62,862 nucleotides of DNA from an uncultured Prevotella sp. (GCA_945830345.1 CALZYS010000001.1:1-62862), one strand, 5' to 3'. Positions 9,719 to 17,889 are shown, counted from the first letter of the stretch. Translations and numbers: made by a program. The notes: generated by a model from the letters alone, not told the origin.

Positions 9719-10486
9719 ATGATAACGATTGAACAACTGACAGATATCGTCCGCGAGGCTTCACGACTGATGGTAAGCGACGGATTTGAGATAGAGCAGA
9801 AGGGAGGATGCGAGAATATCGTGACATCATCGGATGTGGCGGTGCAGAACTTCCTGTGCGAAAGGCTCTTGCAGCTTATGCCAGAGTCGGGATTCCTATG
9901 CGAGGAGAAGGACATCAACGACACCCGACACGAATACACCTGGATTATCGACCCTATCGACGGCACTGCCAACTACAGCCGTGGCATCGACCAGTGTGCC
10001 ATCTGTGTGGGACTTAAGCATGGAGATGAGATGCAGATGGGAGTGGTGTATATCCCCCGCACCGATGAACTGTTCCATGCCGAGAAAGGCAAGGGGGCAT
10101 ACCTCAACGGCAGGAGAATCCACGTCTCTGATCGCCCATTCGGCAATGCTGTATTGTGTACTGCCCTACCCGTTTATCACAAGGAGTATGCCGAGGTGTG
10201 CTCGAGGATTATCGTTGATGCCTTTGGCAAATGTAATGACATCCGCCGATTCGGTGCTTGCGCTCCAGAACTTTGCTATTTGGCAATGGGCAGGTGTGAA
10301 TTGTATTTCGAATATCTGCTTAGTCCGTGGGACTATGCCGCCGCCTCATTGATAGTAACTGAGGCGGGAGGCGTAATCACTTCTGCCGACGGAAGCAGGC
10401 TGCGCCTTACGGAACCGACGGGCGTAATTGCCGCAAATAACAAGTCGAACTATCAACAGTTGCTTGACATAGTGTTGAATAGATAA
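9719..10486 (+). CDS. Inositol monophosphatase family (SuhB-like)
   Basis: CEE, WIIDPIDGTANY, RRFG and PWDYAA motifs. Confidence 0.92.
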   Translation: MITIEQLTDIVREASRLMVSDGFEIEQKGGCENIVTSSDVAVQNFLCERLLQLMPESGFLCEEKDINDTRHEYTWIIDPIDGTANYSRGIDQCAICVGLKHGDEMQMGVVYIPRTDELFHAEKGKGAYLNGRRIHVSDRPFGNAVLCTALPVYHKEYAEVCSRIIVDAFGKCNDIRRFGACAPELCYLAMGRCELYFEYLLSPWDYAAASLIVTEAGGVITSADGSRLRLTEPTGVIAANNKSNYQQLLDIVLNR

Positions 10487-10530
10487 CAATTAATGTTAAT
10501 ACTAAAGTACATGCTGGTATATAGCAAGCA

Positions 10531-10596
10531 TTGTTAAATTCCCATAAACATCACTCAATAATTATCCGTATATAGAATATTTTTATTACCTTTGTC
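10531..10596 (+). promoter_or_regulatory. Promoter of the small winged-helix gene
   Basis: TACCTTTG -7 box at 10587-10594; paralog of 1747-1812. Confidence 0.7.
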
Positions 10597-10665
10597 CCGT
10601 TGAAATCACCATAGTGTCGAACAGACAACAATAATATTATTAACAACAAAAAAAATCAAATCATT

Positions 10666-10845
10666 ATGGACGCAAAAGAAAAAGTATTGGCAACAATGAA
10701 GGAGGCAGGCCAGCCTCTCAACGCAGGTAAGATTGCAGAACTGAGCGGTCTCGACCGCAAGGAAGTGGATGCCGCCATGAAGCAGTTGAAGGCAGAAGGC
10801 GCCATCGTCTCTCCCGTACGCTGCAAGTGGGCACCTGCTGAGTAA
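10666..10845 (+). CDS. 59-aa winged helix-turn-helix protein (absent from the ORF track)
   Basis: [59 protein letters not shown]; own promoter and A-rich leader. Confidence 0.85.
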   Translation: MDAKEKVLATMKEAGQPLNAGKIAELSGLDRKEVDAAMKQLKAEGAIVSPVRCKWAPAE

Positions 10846-10847
10846 AA

Positions 10848-10916
10848 GTTTCCTTTTGGCGCCTGTTTTTCATCTTCACCCTCATAGCCTCTGTCGTCGG
10901 ATTGAAGATGTTATAG
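10848..10916 (+). pseudogene. Orphan 3' end of an SMR/SugE-type efflux transporter gene
   Basis: Reads VSFWRLFFIFTLIASVVGLKML*, typical of the last SMR helix ending GLK. Confidence 0.65.
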
Positions 10917-10967
10917 TCGCCCATGAGCTACTCGCACAAATAGATGGTTATACCAACCAACAGATTG
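10916..10967 (+). pseudogene. Second internal fragment of the HD-domain gene
   Basis: 44/52 nt identical to 9298-9349. Confidence 0.8.
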
Positions 10968-10981
10968 TTACTATGACTGTC

Positions 10982-11623
10982 ATGGCAAAGAGAATTATTG
11001 TTGCATTTGACTCGTTCAAGGGGTGCATCTCTGCAAAGGAGGCTTGCGAGGCTGCAACGGAGGAAATACGCTCTGTACTTCCTAACGCCAACGTCATCCA
11101 ACTTCCGCTAAGTGACGGAGGCGAGGGACTGGTGGAATGTATAAAAAGATTGCTGCCAACCATTGACGTTTCATTGACTGTACATGGACCTCTGATGGAG
11201 AAGGTCACTTGCTCGTATGCCATATCGCTCGACGGCAAGACGGCCTATATGGAAATGGCTGCGGCAAGCGGACTTACACTCGTGCCGGAAGACAAGCGCA
11301 ATCCCATGGAAGCCACCACATACGGTGTTGGCGAGATGATAAAAGATGCCGACATAGTCATCACGGGCGAGGGCAAGTCTGACACCCAGACCCTGATGGG
11401 CAAGGTGCCGCATGGCGTGCTGAAGCGTTGCCTTAGAGAAGGAGTGGAGGTATGGCTATTGTCGGGCGCAATAGATGACCCGAAGTCTGTTCTGTCCCGA
11501 CATTTCTCAAAGGTAAAGAGCATCAACGAGAATGATTCCCGCCCGCTTGCGCAACTCCTTTTGCCCGAAGTGGCAAAGGAGAATCTAAGGAATACAGTGA
11601 AAAGGACGATAACCAACAAATGA
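10982..11623 (+). pseudogene. glxK: Glycerate kinase with in-frame internal deletion
   Basis: DSFKG, SDGGEG, EMAAASGL and TTYGVGEMI are joined directly to ADIVITGEG..D.QT..GK. The GxGGSATxDGG region is missing; 213 aa versus about 370 typical. Confidence 0.85.
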
Positions 11624-11931
11624 ATAGAAAACGTATCGGGGAAGAGAAAGCGGTGGTAGAGCAGATGATACGTCTGTATTGCAGGAAGCATGAAGGCCAT
11701 ACCGAGCTATGTCCAAGTTGTCAGGAACTGTTGGATTATGCCCACAGCCGACTTGACCGCTGCCGTTACGGCGAAGAAAAAACCACCTGCAAGAAATGCC
11801 CTACTCATTGCTATCGACCAGAGATGAAGGAAGAAATCAGGACGGTCATGCGTTGGTCGGGGCCAAGGATGATACTCTATCATCCCATTGCCGCCATCAG
11901 GCATCTGCTACGAGAGATAATATGGAAATAA
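11620..11931 (+). CDS. YgbA-like family protein, copy 2
   Basis: Paralog of 1249-1554; start overlaps the glxK stop. Confidence 0.85.
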   Translation: MNRKRIGEEKAVVEQMIRLYCRKHEGHTELCPSCQELLDYAHSRLDRCRYGEEKTTCKKCPTHCYRPEMKEEIRTVMRWSGPRMILYHPIAAIRHLLREIIWK

Positions 11932-11957
11932 CACTGGAAATAAGAAACAACAGATAG
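11920..11957 (+). pseudogene. Orphan 3' end of the small Cys-rich gene
   Basis: 32/36 nt identical to 9018-9053 (MEITLEIRNNR versus MDITLEIRSNR). Confidence 0.75.
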
Positions 11958-11972
11958 AATAAGAATGAAATC

Positions 11973-12497
11973 ATGAGAAAGAAAAGCAGAGAGATGGATG
12001 CCGCTTGGGCCCTTGAAGTAATGGACAAGGCACCGTATATTACAGTCAGTATGACTGATATCAACGGAATGCCTTATTCTGTCCCGTTGTCATTGGCTCG
12101 TACAGATGAGCGGACATTTTATTTTCATTGCGCTATAGAAGGGAAGAAACTGGACATTATAAAAGCAAATCCTTGCGTATGCCTAAGCGCTGTAAGCAAA
12201 TGCAAGCCAACAGTTGGTCCAAAGGATGGTAGTTTTACCTTGGAGTTTAAGTCTGCCATAGCATTTGGCAAGGCAGAGATTGTTACCGACGATACTGAAA
12301 AGCGTGACGCACTCCAAGCCATTTGCCAACGTTTCCTTCCGAAACACATGGATGCCTTTGATGCTGCGGTAGAGCGGAGCATGTCGCGCACGGCTATTGT
12401 TCGCATAACCCTCTCTGAACCACCTGTTGGCAAACGCAAGCAATACGATACCAATGGTGATGAGTTGAAATACGGACGCATGGAAACCATAAGATAA
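11973..12497 (+). CDS. Pyridoxamine 5'-phosphate oxidase-like (NimA-related) flavin-binding protein
   Basis: MRKKSRE, PYSVPLS, YFHCA.EGKKLD.I..NP.VC and SAIAFG motifs. Confidence 0.85.
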   Translation: MRKKSREMDAAWALEVMDKAPYITVSMTDINGMPYSVPLSLARTDERTFYFHCAIEGKKLDIIKANPCVCLSAVSKCKPTVGPKDGSFTLEFKSAIAFGKAEIVTDDTEKRDALQAICQRFLPKHMDAFDAAVERSMSRTAIVRITLSEPPVGKRKQYDTNGDELKYGRMETIR

Positions 12498-12511
12498 AAA
12501 CATTAACAGAT

Positions 12512-12805
12512 ATGTCCAGAAAGAAAACTCTGCAATGCCAGTCGTGCGGCTATGAGGTTGACCTGTATGAGGGCCGTGGACTGTTTCAACAGCAGATAAT
12601 ACCCATGGAATGTTGCGACTGCCACACTGTGCAGAACATTGTTGTCGGGGGAATAATCGGCGAGGTGGCCCCTTCGTTCAACAGTGAGGCTGGACGCCTG
12701 TGCCCCCAATGCAGCAGTATGAACATCCGCAGCTGGAATCTCCACAGCTGTCCCAAGTGCGGCGGAGAGATGACACCTACGGGTAAGTATGAATTTTGGA
12801 CATAA
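12512..12805 (+). CDS. Multi-CxxC zinc-ribbon hypothetical protein, intact copy
   Basis: Four CxxC pairs: CQSC, CCDC, CPQC, CPKC. Confidence 0.78.
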   Translation: MSRKKTLQCQSCGYEVDLYEGRGLFQQQIIPMECCDCHTVQNIVVGGIIGEVAPSFNSEAGRLCPQCSSMNIRSWNLHSCPKCGGEMTPTGKYEFWT

Positions 12806-12829
12806 GGCAAATCTCTATCTTGTCTCTGT

Positions 12830-13831
12830 TCATTTGGATCTACGCGAACGTTCGTCATATCTCACATACAACCCCGCGAGAATGGTACCAGAGATGGAGT
12901 GGTAGGCGCAACTGATGGCGCAAGGCACCACGCAGAGAATGGCTTCGGGAGTGCGGGCGAGAATATCGTCGTTGGCGAAGAATGCCGTGGCAAGCACTGT
13001 TGCCATACCTGCGTTCTGCATTCCCACCTCAATGGATATCGTGCGTTTCTTGGCAAGCGAGAAGTGGAAGAGACGGCCCACATTATAGCCGAGAACATAA
13101 CCGAGGGTGTTATGGCAGAATACCACTGCAAGCATGAGCATAAACAATCCCATGCCTTGAATCATCAACTGGGGCTTAACCTGTGATACCACACCACCTA
13201 CTATTAACGCAAGACTCGTGACACTCACTCCCGGCATCATCTGCCGCACGTCGTCATACCAATGGTGGCGACTGGCATAGCGGTTGACCAAGAATCCTAT
13301 CGTCACTGGCAATATCGTAATGAGCAATATGCCTCGGAACATTCCAAGTGTATCCACCTCAATACGAGTATCGGCAAGCCACCATACGAGTAAGGGAGTC
13401 ATAAACGGAGCAAGCAGGGTGGAAGCCGTAGTCATGCCCACAGAGAACGCCACGTCACCACGACACAGAAACGACATGATGTTACTCGAAACTCCGCCAG
13501 GGCAACATCCCACGAGAATGATGCCGATAGAAAGATATGGATTAAGTCCGAACACCACCGTCAGCAGATAGGCTATAAGCGGCATCAGCGTGAACTGTGC
13601 ACAGGCTCCGATAAAAATGTCCCAAGGCCGACTGAACAATATGCGGAAGTCATCCACCGACAGGGTAAGACCCATAGTCAGCATTATCACACCAAGGATG
13701 ACGCTCGACACGTCTCCCCTCACCCACCCGAACACTTCGGGCAGAAGAAAAGCCAATAAGGCAGCGGCTATCACGTATGTAGATGAGTGTGAAGCCATCC
13801 AAGCACTCACCTTTTTTACAGTTTCCTTCAT
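12830..13831 (-). CDS. Bile acid:sodium symporter (BASS/PanS-like) transporter
   Basis: MGLTL, GCCPGG..SN, SV.MT..STL and SIEVGMQN motifs; multiple TM helices. Confidence 0.92.
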   Translation of the reverse strand: MKETVKKVSAWMASHSSTYVIAAALLAFLLPEVFGWVRGDVSSVILGVIMLTMGLTLSVDDFRILFSRPWDIFIGACAQFTLMPLIAYLLTVVFGLNPYLSIGIILVGCCPGGVSSNIMSFLCRGDVAFSVGMTTASTLLAPFMTPLLVWWLADTRIEVDTLGMFRGILLITILPVTIGFLVNRYASRHHWYDDVRQMMPGVSVTSLALIVGGVVSQVKPQLMIQGMGLFMLMLAVVFCHNTLGYVLGYNVGRLFHFSLAKKRTISIEVGMQNAGMATVLATAFFANDDILARTPEAILCVVPCAISCAYHSISGTILAGLYVRYDERSRRSK

Positions 13832-13849
13832 CTTTGATGGAACGTATGT

Positions 13850-14848
13850 TTATTTTTTAAGAAAAGACTGCACAATAGGTATTACCTGAGAGTCGTAATC
13901 TGCCGATGCTCCCATCATGCTGCCCATACTGCCAAGATTGGCGGCATTGAATCCGTGATTGGCACCCTCTATCTTGTTAAGTGTTGCAGAGGGATATAAC
14001 CCTACAGCCTTCTCAGAATTGGAAACAGGGACTATCATGTCATTCGTGCCATGGATGATACACACGGGCCTGGGGAATTTGCCTATATGCGACCACACGT
14101 CAAAGTCCTTGATGCTGTTGATGTATTTCTCGCTCATGGACATCATTCCACCAAAATCGCCGAAGTCACCCCAATTGCCAAGGTCACCCCAATTGCCGAT
14201 ATTTCCCCAATCGCCCATATTTCCCCAGTCGCCAAAGCCACTGAACATCTTCACCATTTCGGGAATATTGAAAGCCGGATAGAACAGAATCATTCCCGCA
14301 AAATCATCGGGACACTCGTCGGCAAGCAAGGCAGAGACAAGTCCTCCCTGACTACTTCCAAGGAGATACACCTCAGAAGGCTCTACATATCCTAACGACT
14401 TCACTGTCTTGACCACTGCCCTAAGGTCTTCCACCTCGGTGAAAACGGTCATATCGTCGGTCGTTCCGTCGCTTTTGCTCTTGTCGCTGCCTCCGCAGAA
14501 GTCAAAGCAATAAGCAGCAAAGCCCATCTTGGCGATGGCATAGGCATAACCTGCCATTGCCTCGTGTGTAAGCGAACTGCTATGGGAGAGTATAACCGCC
14601 GGCTGTTTCTTGGAGGTCACAGGGTTATAATACATCATGCCATAAATCCTGTTGGCATCGCGCTGGCTCCACAGCTCCACACTATCCACAATCCACTCCA
14701 CCTCCGTCTGAGTAGAGTCGGCATCGCCCGGATTCTCAGTATTCTCGGGTGGCGCAGGCACATCATTGTCATCCGAAGAACAGGCGGCAAGTCCCATTGC
14801 CACCGCCATAAACGCACAAAATACAATCTGTCCAAAATTCCTTTTCAT
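13850..14848 (-). CDS. Alpha/beta hydrolase lipoprotein (feruloyl/cinnamoyl esterase-like)
   Basis: Lipobox LAAC; FDFCGG, GSSQGG nucleophile, HGTND and HGF. Confidence 0.85.
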   Translation of the reverse strand: MKRNFGQIVFCAFMAVAMGLAACSSDDNDVPAPPENTENPGDADSTQTEVEWIVDSVELWSQRDANRIYGMMYYNPVTSKKQPAVILSHSSSLTHEAMAGYAYAIAKMGFAAYCFDFCGGSDKSKSDGTTDDMTVFTEVEDLRAVVKTVKSLGYVEPSEVYLLGSSQGGLVSALLADECPDDFAGMILFYPAFNIPEMVKMFSGFGDWGNMGDWGNIGNWGDLGNWGDFGDFGGMMSMSEKYINSIKDFDVWSHIGKFPRPVCIIHGTNDMIVPVSNSEKAVGLYPSATLNKIEGANHGFNAANLGSMGSMMGASADYDSQVIPIVQSFLKK

Positions 14849-14967
14849 ATTTAGTAATGCAATAAATTTACTATTTTGTTTTTAACCGACGGCAAAAGTA
14901 TATATTATTTCTGAAACCACCAAATATTTAGCCTGCTTTTTTATTCCTAAACATATATCATTTACAA

Positions 14968-15052
14968 TGAACGTTCATAAAAATGTTGTTTTTCAATAGT
15001 TGAACGTTCATAAAAATGTTGTTTTTCAATAGTTGAACATTCATAAAAATGT
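14968..15052. repeat. 33-bp tandem repeat (2.6 copies) upstream of the ATPase promoter
   Basis: tgaacgttcataaaaatgttgtttttcaatagt starts at 14968, 15001 and 15034; -7 box TAACTTTG at 15083-15090. Confidence 0.95.
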
Positions 15053-15117
15053 AAAATGCTTGCATATTTGATTTATTTTCAGTAACTTTGCACGCAAAAA
15101 ACAAGAAATTACATAAT

Positions 15118-16455
15118 ATGAGGAGAAAGATATACCAAAAATTGCTCGAATGGAAGAATAGTCCACGACACAAGCCGCTTGTACTTCTTGGTGCAAGACA
15201 GGTGGGCAAGACCTATATCCTTAAGGAATTCGGCAAAAAAGAATTCGACAACTTCGTATATGTCAACTGTCATAACAACCCTTTTGCCACTTCATTGTTT
15301 TCCGACTTCAACATCAATAGAATACTCTATCAGTTGGAGCAGGACAATGAATGTAGCATCATCGAGGGCAAGACTTTGCTGTTCTTTGATGAAATTCAAG
15401 AAGTGAAGAATGGAATACCGGCATTAAAATACTTCTGTGAAGACAAGCGCGAACTGCATGTGGTTGTGGCAGGTTCAATGTTGGGAATCTCATTGCGCGA
15501 GGATGAGAGCTACCCTGTAGGCAAGATTGACAATCTGAGAATGTACCCTATGACATTCGACGAATTCCTGATGGCCAACGGCAGAGAACGGCTGGCAAAA
15601 ACACTGAGAAACCTGAAATGGGACGAACTGTCAATACACCATGAAACACTTGTGGAATACCTCCGCCAATACTATTTCACCGGAGGTATGCCCGAAGCTG
15701 TATCCACATGGATAGAAGGTCATAACGCCCAAAAGACGAGGAGTGTGCAAAGAGCCATTCTCAGTACATATTTTGGAGATATGGGCAAGCATACCAAGAC
15801 TGAAGTGGAAAGAATACGTATGATATGGAACAGCATACCGTCGCAGTTGGCAAAAGAAAACAAGAAATTCATCTTTGGAGCCGTCAAAAAAGGGGCAAGG
15901 GCAGCCGAATATGAGAAGTCTATCCAATGGCTCGCCGATTCCGGTTTGATATATAAGGTTTGCCGCATCTCCAAGCCTGAAGAGCCGTTGAAGTTCTATG
16001 CCGACAATTCCATCTTTAAGGTATTCCTTCATGATGTTGGCCTACTGGCATGTCTTTGCGGAGCACGATCAAGTGAGATGCTTTTAGGCATGGGAGCGTT
16101 TACAGAGTTCAAGGGCGCATTCACAGAGAACTATGTCATGAACCAAATAAAGTCGTTGGAGGATACTGACATCATTGCCGACGAGATATTTTATTATAGT
16201 AAGGACAATTCGCCATTAGAGGTGGATTTCGTTGTTCAGGGCGGCAAACGGGTTATTCCCACTGAGGTAAAGGCAGAAGAGAACGTCCGCTCAAAATCGC
16301 TGTCAACATTTGTCAACTATGAATTTGCGTCTTATCCCCTAAAGGCTCTCCGCTGCTCCATGCTTCCTTATGCCGACCAGCAATGGATGGAGAACATTCC
16401 ATTGTATGCGGTAGAGGCATTCTTCTCAAAAGAGGGAATTGGAATTGAAGTTTGA
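15118..16455 (+). CDS. AAA_14 ATPase with DUF4143 (PD-(D/E)XK-like) domain
   Basis: GARQVGKT, FFDEIQE, GSMLG, YPMTF.EF, GGMPEAV, DVGLL and EVDF...EVK motifs. Confidence 0.92.
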   Translation: MRRKIYQKLLEWKNSPRHKPLVLLGARQVGKTYILKEFGKKEFDNFVYVNCHNNPFATSLFSDFNINRILYQLEQDNECSIIEGKTLLFFDEIQEVKNGIPALKYFCEDKRELHVVVAGSMLGISLREDESYPVGKIDNLRMYPMTFDEFLMANGRERLAKTLRNLKWDELSIHHETLVEYLRQYYFTGGMPEAVSTWIEGHNAQKTRSVQRAILSTYFGDMGKHTKTEVERIRMIWNSIPSQLAKENKKFIFGAVKKGARAAEYEKSIQWLADSGLIYKVCRISKPEEPLKFYADNSIFKVFLHDVGLLACLCGARSSEMLLGMGAFTEFKGAFTENYVMNQIKSLEDTDIIADEIFYYSKDNSPLEVDFVVQGGKRVIPTEVKAEENVRSKSLSTFVNYEFASYPLKALRCSMLPYADQQWMENIPLYAVEAFFSKEGIGIEV

Positions 16456-16564
16456 TGATATTTATGTTATACTTAATGTTCATATTCTCATGCCGCAAAA
16501 TTACAAAATATATTTGTAATGGGCAAATATTTTGAGGGAAAAATGTCATTTGACTATCTGTTAT

Positions 16565-16770
16565 TTATATTTTTTGATACAAAGCCCAAAGATCATCCAT
16601 TAGTCTATATACTGTCGAAGAGGGATTATCATACTCATGGAGTTGTCTCGCCCTGTTTGAAGCCAGTTTTGACAAAGACAACAGCTTGAGTATGGAGTTG
16701 GCAATCTCCCTATCCATCTGACTTGCACGTGAGACGAAAAGATATTACTCAAACGTAGTTCTAATATCAT
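16565..16770 (-). pseudogene. Collapsed RloA/RloB-type (AAA_21 ATPase + RloB) remnant
   Basis: Starts MILELRLSNIFS (AAA_21-like N-terminus); another frame ends LASNRARQLHEYDNPSSTVYRLMDDLW* (RloB-like C-terminus). Confidence 0.6.
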
Positions 16771-16847
16771 TTTAAGTTCAATATTTGTAATTTGTTTGCA
16801 GATTTGAGGGTTAAATTCAAAAAACAACTCAATTAGGAATAATCTTG

Positions 16848-17630
16848 TCACTCCAGTATCTTCACGTCAAAAGGGGTGTGGGTCATTGCTGAGAGAATGC
16901 GGAGGATTTTGTATTTGTCCTTGACGGATGAGGGCACGGTGAGCCATTTGGCTGATGACACTTGTACTTGGTTGTTGTATCTCTTTACTGATGTGGTTAT
17001 TGGATTGCCGCCAATCTTCAAGTTGGTCTTCTCCACCCTCTCCACTCCTATGTGCCTAACTGTCTTCTTGAATGTATCAAGAGGGTTGTCACCACAAATC
17101 ACTATGCCGTCCTGAAGTGTGACTACAAGGCGGGACTTGCGTTTTCGTGTGTCGCCCTTGCGGCTGTTTTCATTAGTCACAATGGATTCAAAGTCGCCAA
17201 GTTCTATTGTGGCATCAACAGATAGGGACGTGATAATCGACTTCAGCTGACGGTATTTCTGGTCGGTGTCGCCCTGAGCCATCAGATACCATCCGTCAGC
17301 CATTTGCTTTGTCCACTCGGCATAATTATCCACAACCTGTCTTGAAACCAACGGGACATGACAGTTTTCCATATTCAATGCAGCTACACGCTCAATGCCA
17401 ATCTTCTCGATTGTCATAATCATAGTAGCTGTTGCACTGATATCGCAGAATGTGGTGCCATCAGCAAATGTCACCCTGATCCTGCGGCGTTTTGCCCTCA
17501 TGCGTATATCAACGGGAGCTTCCGGCTTGGTCAGCACAACAGGAGCCGTGACTTTAACCGGCACTTCCTTCGCCTCCACAGGAGTATCGTCAAAAAGAAG
17601 CTCAAGCTGTATGTATTCCTTCTTGCCCAT
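16848..17630 (-). CDS. Hypothetical protein with two tandem ~95-aa repeats
   Basis: RIRVTFADGTTFC..TIEKIGIERV..KY versus RLVVTLQDGIVIC..TVRHIGVERV..KY; -7 box near 17664-17671. Confidence 0.75.
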   Translation of the reverse strand: MGKKEYIQLELLFDDTPVEAKEVPVKVTAPVVLTKPEAPVDIRMRAKRRRIRVTFADGTTFCDISATATMIMTIEKIGIERVAALNMENCHVPLVSRQVVDNYAEWTKQMADGWYLMAQGDTDQKYRQLKSIITSLSVDATIELGDFESIVTNENSRKGDTRKRKSRLVVTLQDGIVICGDNPLDTFKKTVRHIGVERVEKTNLKIGGNPITTSVKRYNNQVQVSSAKWLTVPSSVKDKYKILRILSAMTHTPFDVKILE

Positions 17631-17740
17631 AAATGATTTTTACTCAAATAAAACTTTCGGCGGCAAAGTTACTGATTTTATTTGGATTAACCAAATGTTT
17701 CTACTACTTTTTATGACAAAACGCGAAATTCCCAAACATG

Positions 17741-17889
17741 AGTTTCCACCACTTCCACCTGTTCCGCAAGGATGGTGTTAGTGGTGGAAAAGAGATTTTA
17801 TGTATGATGAATTGCCTTCATATCCTACTCTTCCACTATTTCCGCAAGGGTTGGTGGAACTGGTGGAACAGGTGGAATAGGTGGAAACT
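17741..17889. repeat. MITE-like element with 25-bp terminal inverted repeats built of 9-bp units
   Basis: Left agtttccaccacttccacctgttcc is 23/25 to the reverse complement of the right end; ggtggaa at 17853, 17862, 17871, 17880. Confidence 0.7.

Noticed and set aside
10856-10981. N-terminal extension of glycerate kinase
   Set aside because: Made of SMR and HD gene remnants; the family start is MAKRIIVAFDSFKG.
11959-11970. ataagaatgaaa as an SDR 3' end copy (5778-5789)
   Set aside because: Only 12 AT-rich bases; fits the array pattern but is not distinguishable from chance.
11973-12497. nim metronidazole-resistance gene
   Set aside because: Only family-level motifs are visible; cannot be assigned to nimA-L without alignment, and no activating IS lies upstream.
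1119-12805. Classical integron
   Set aside because: No tyrosine integrase and no recurring attC-like palindrome; spacers are gene fragments.
14968-15052. 33-bp repeats as a CRISPR array (also 47488 and 49786)
   Set aside because: Only 2-3 units, intervening sequence is absent or under about 17 bp, and no cas genes are present.
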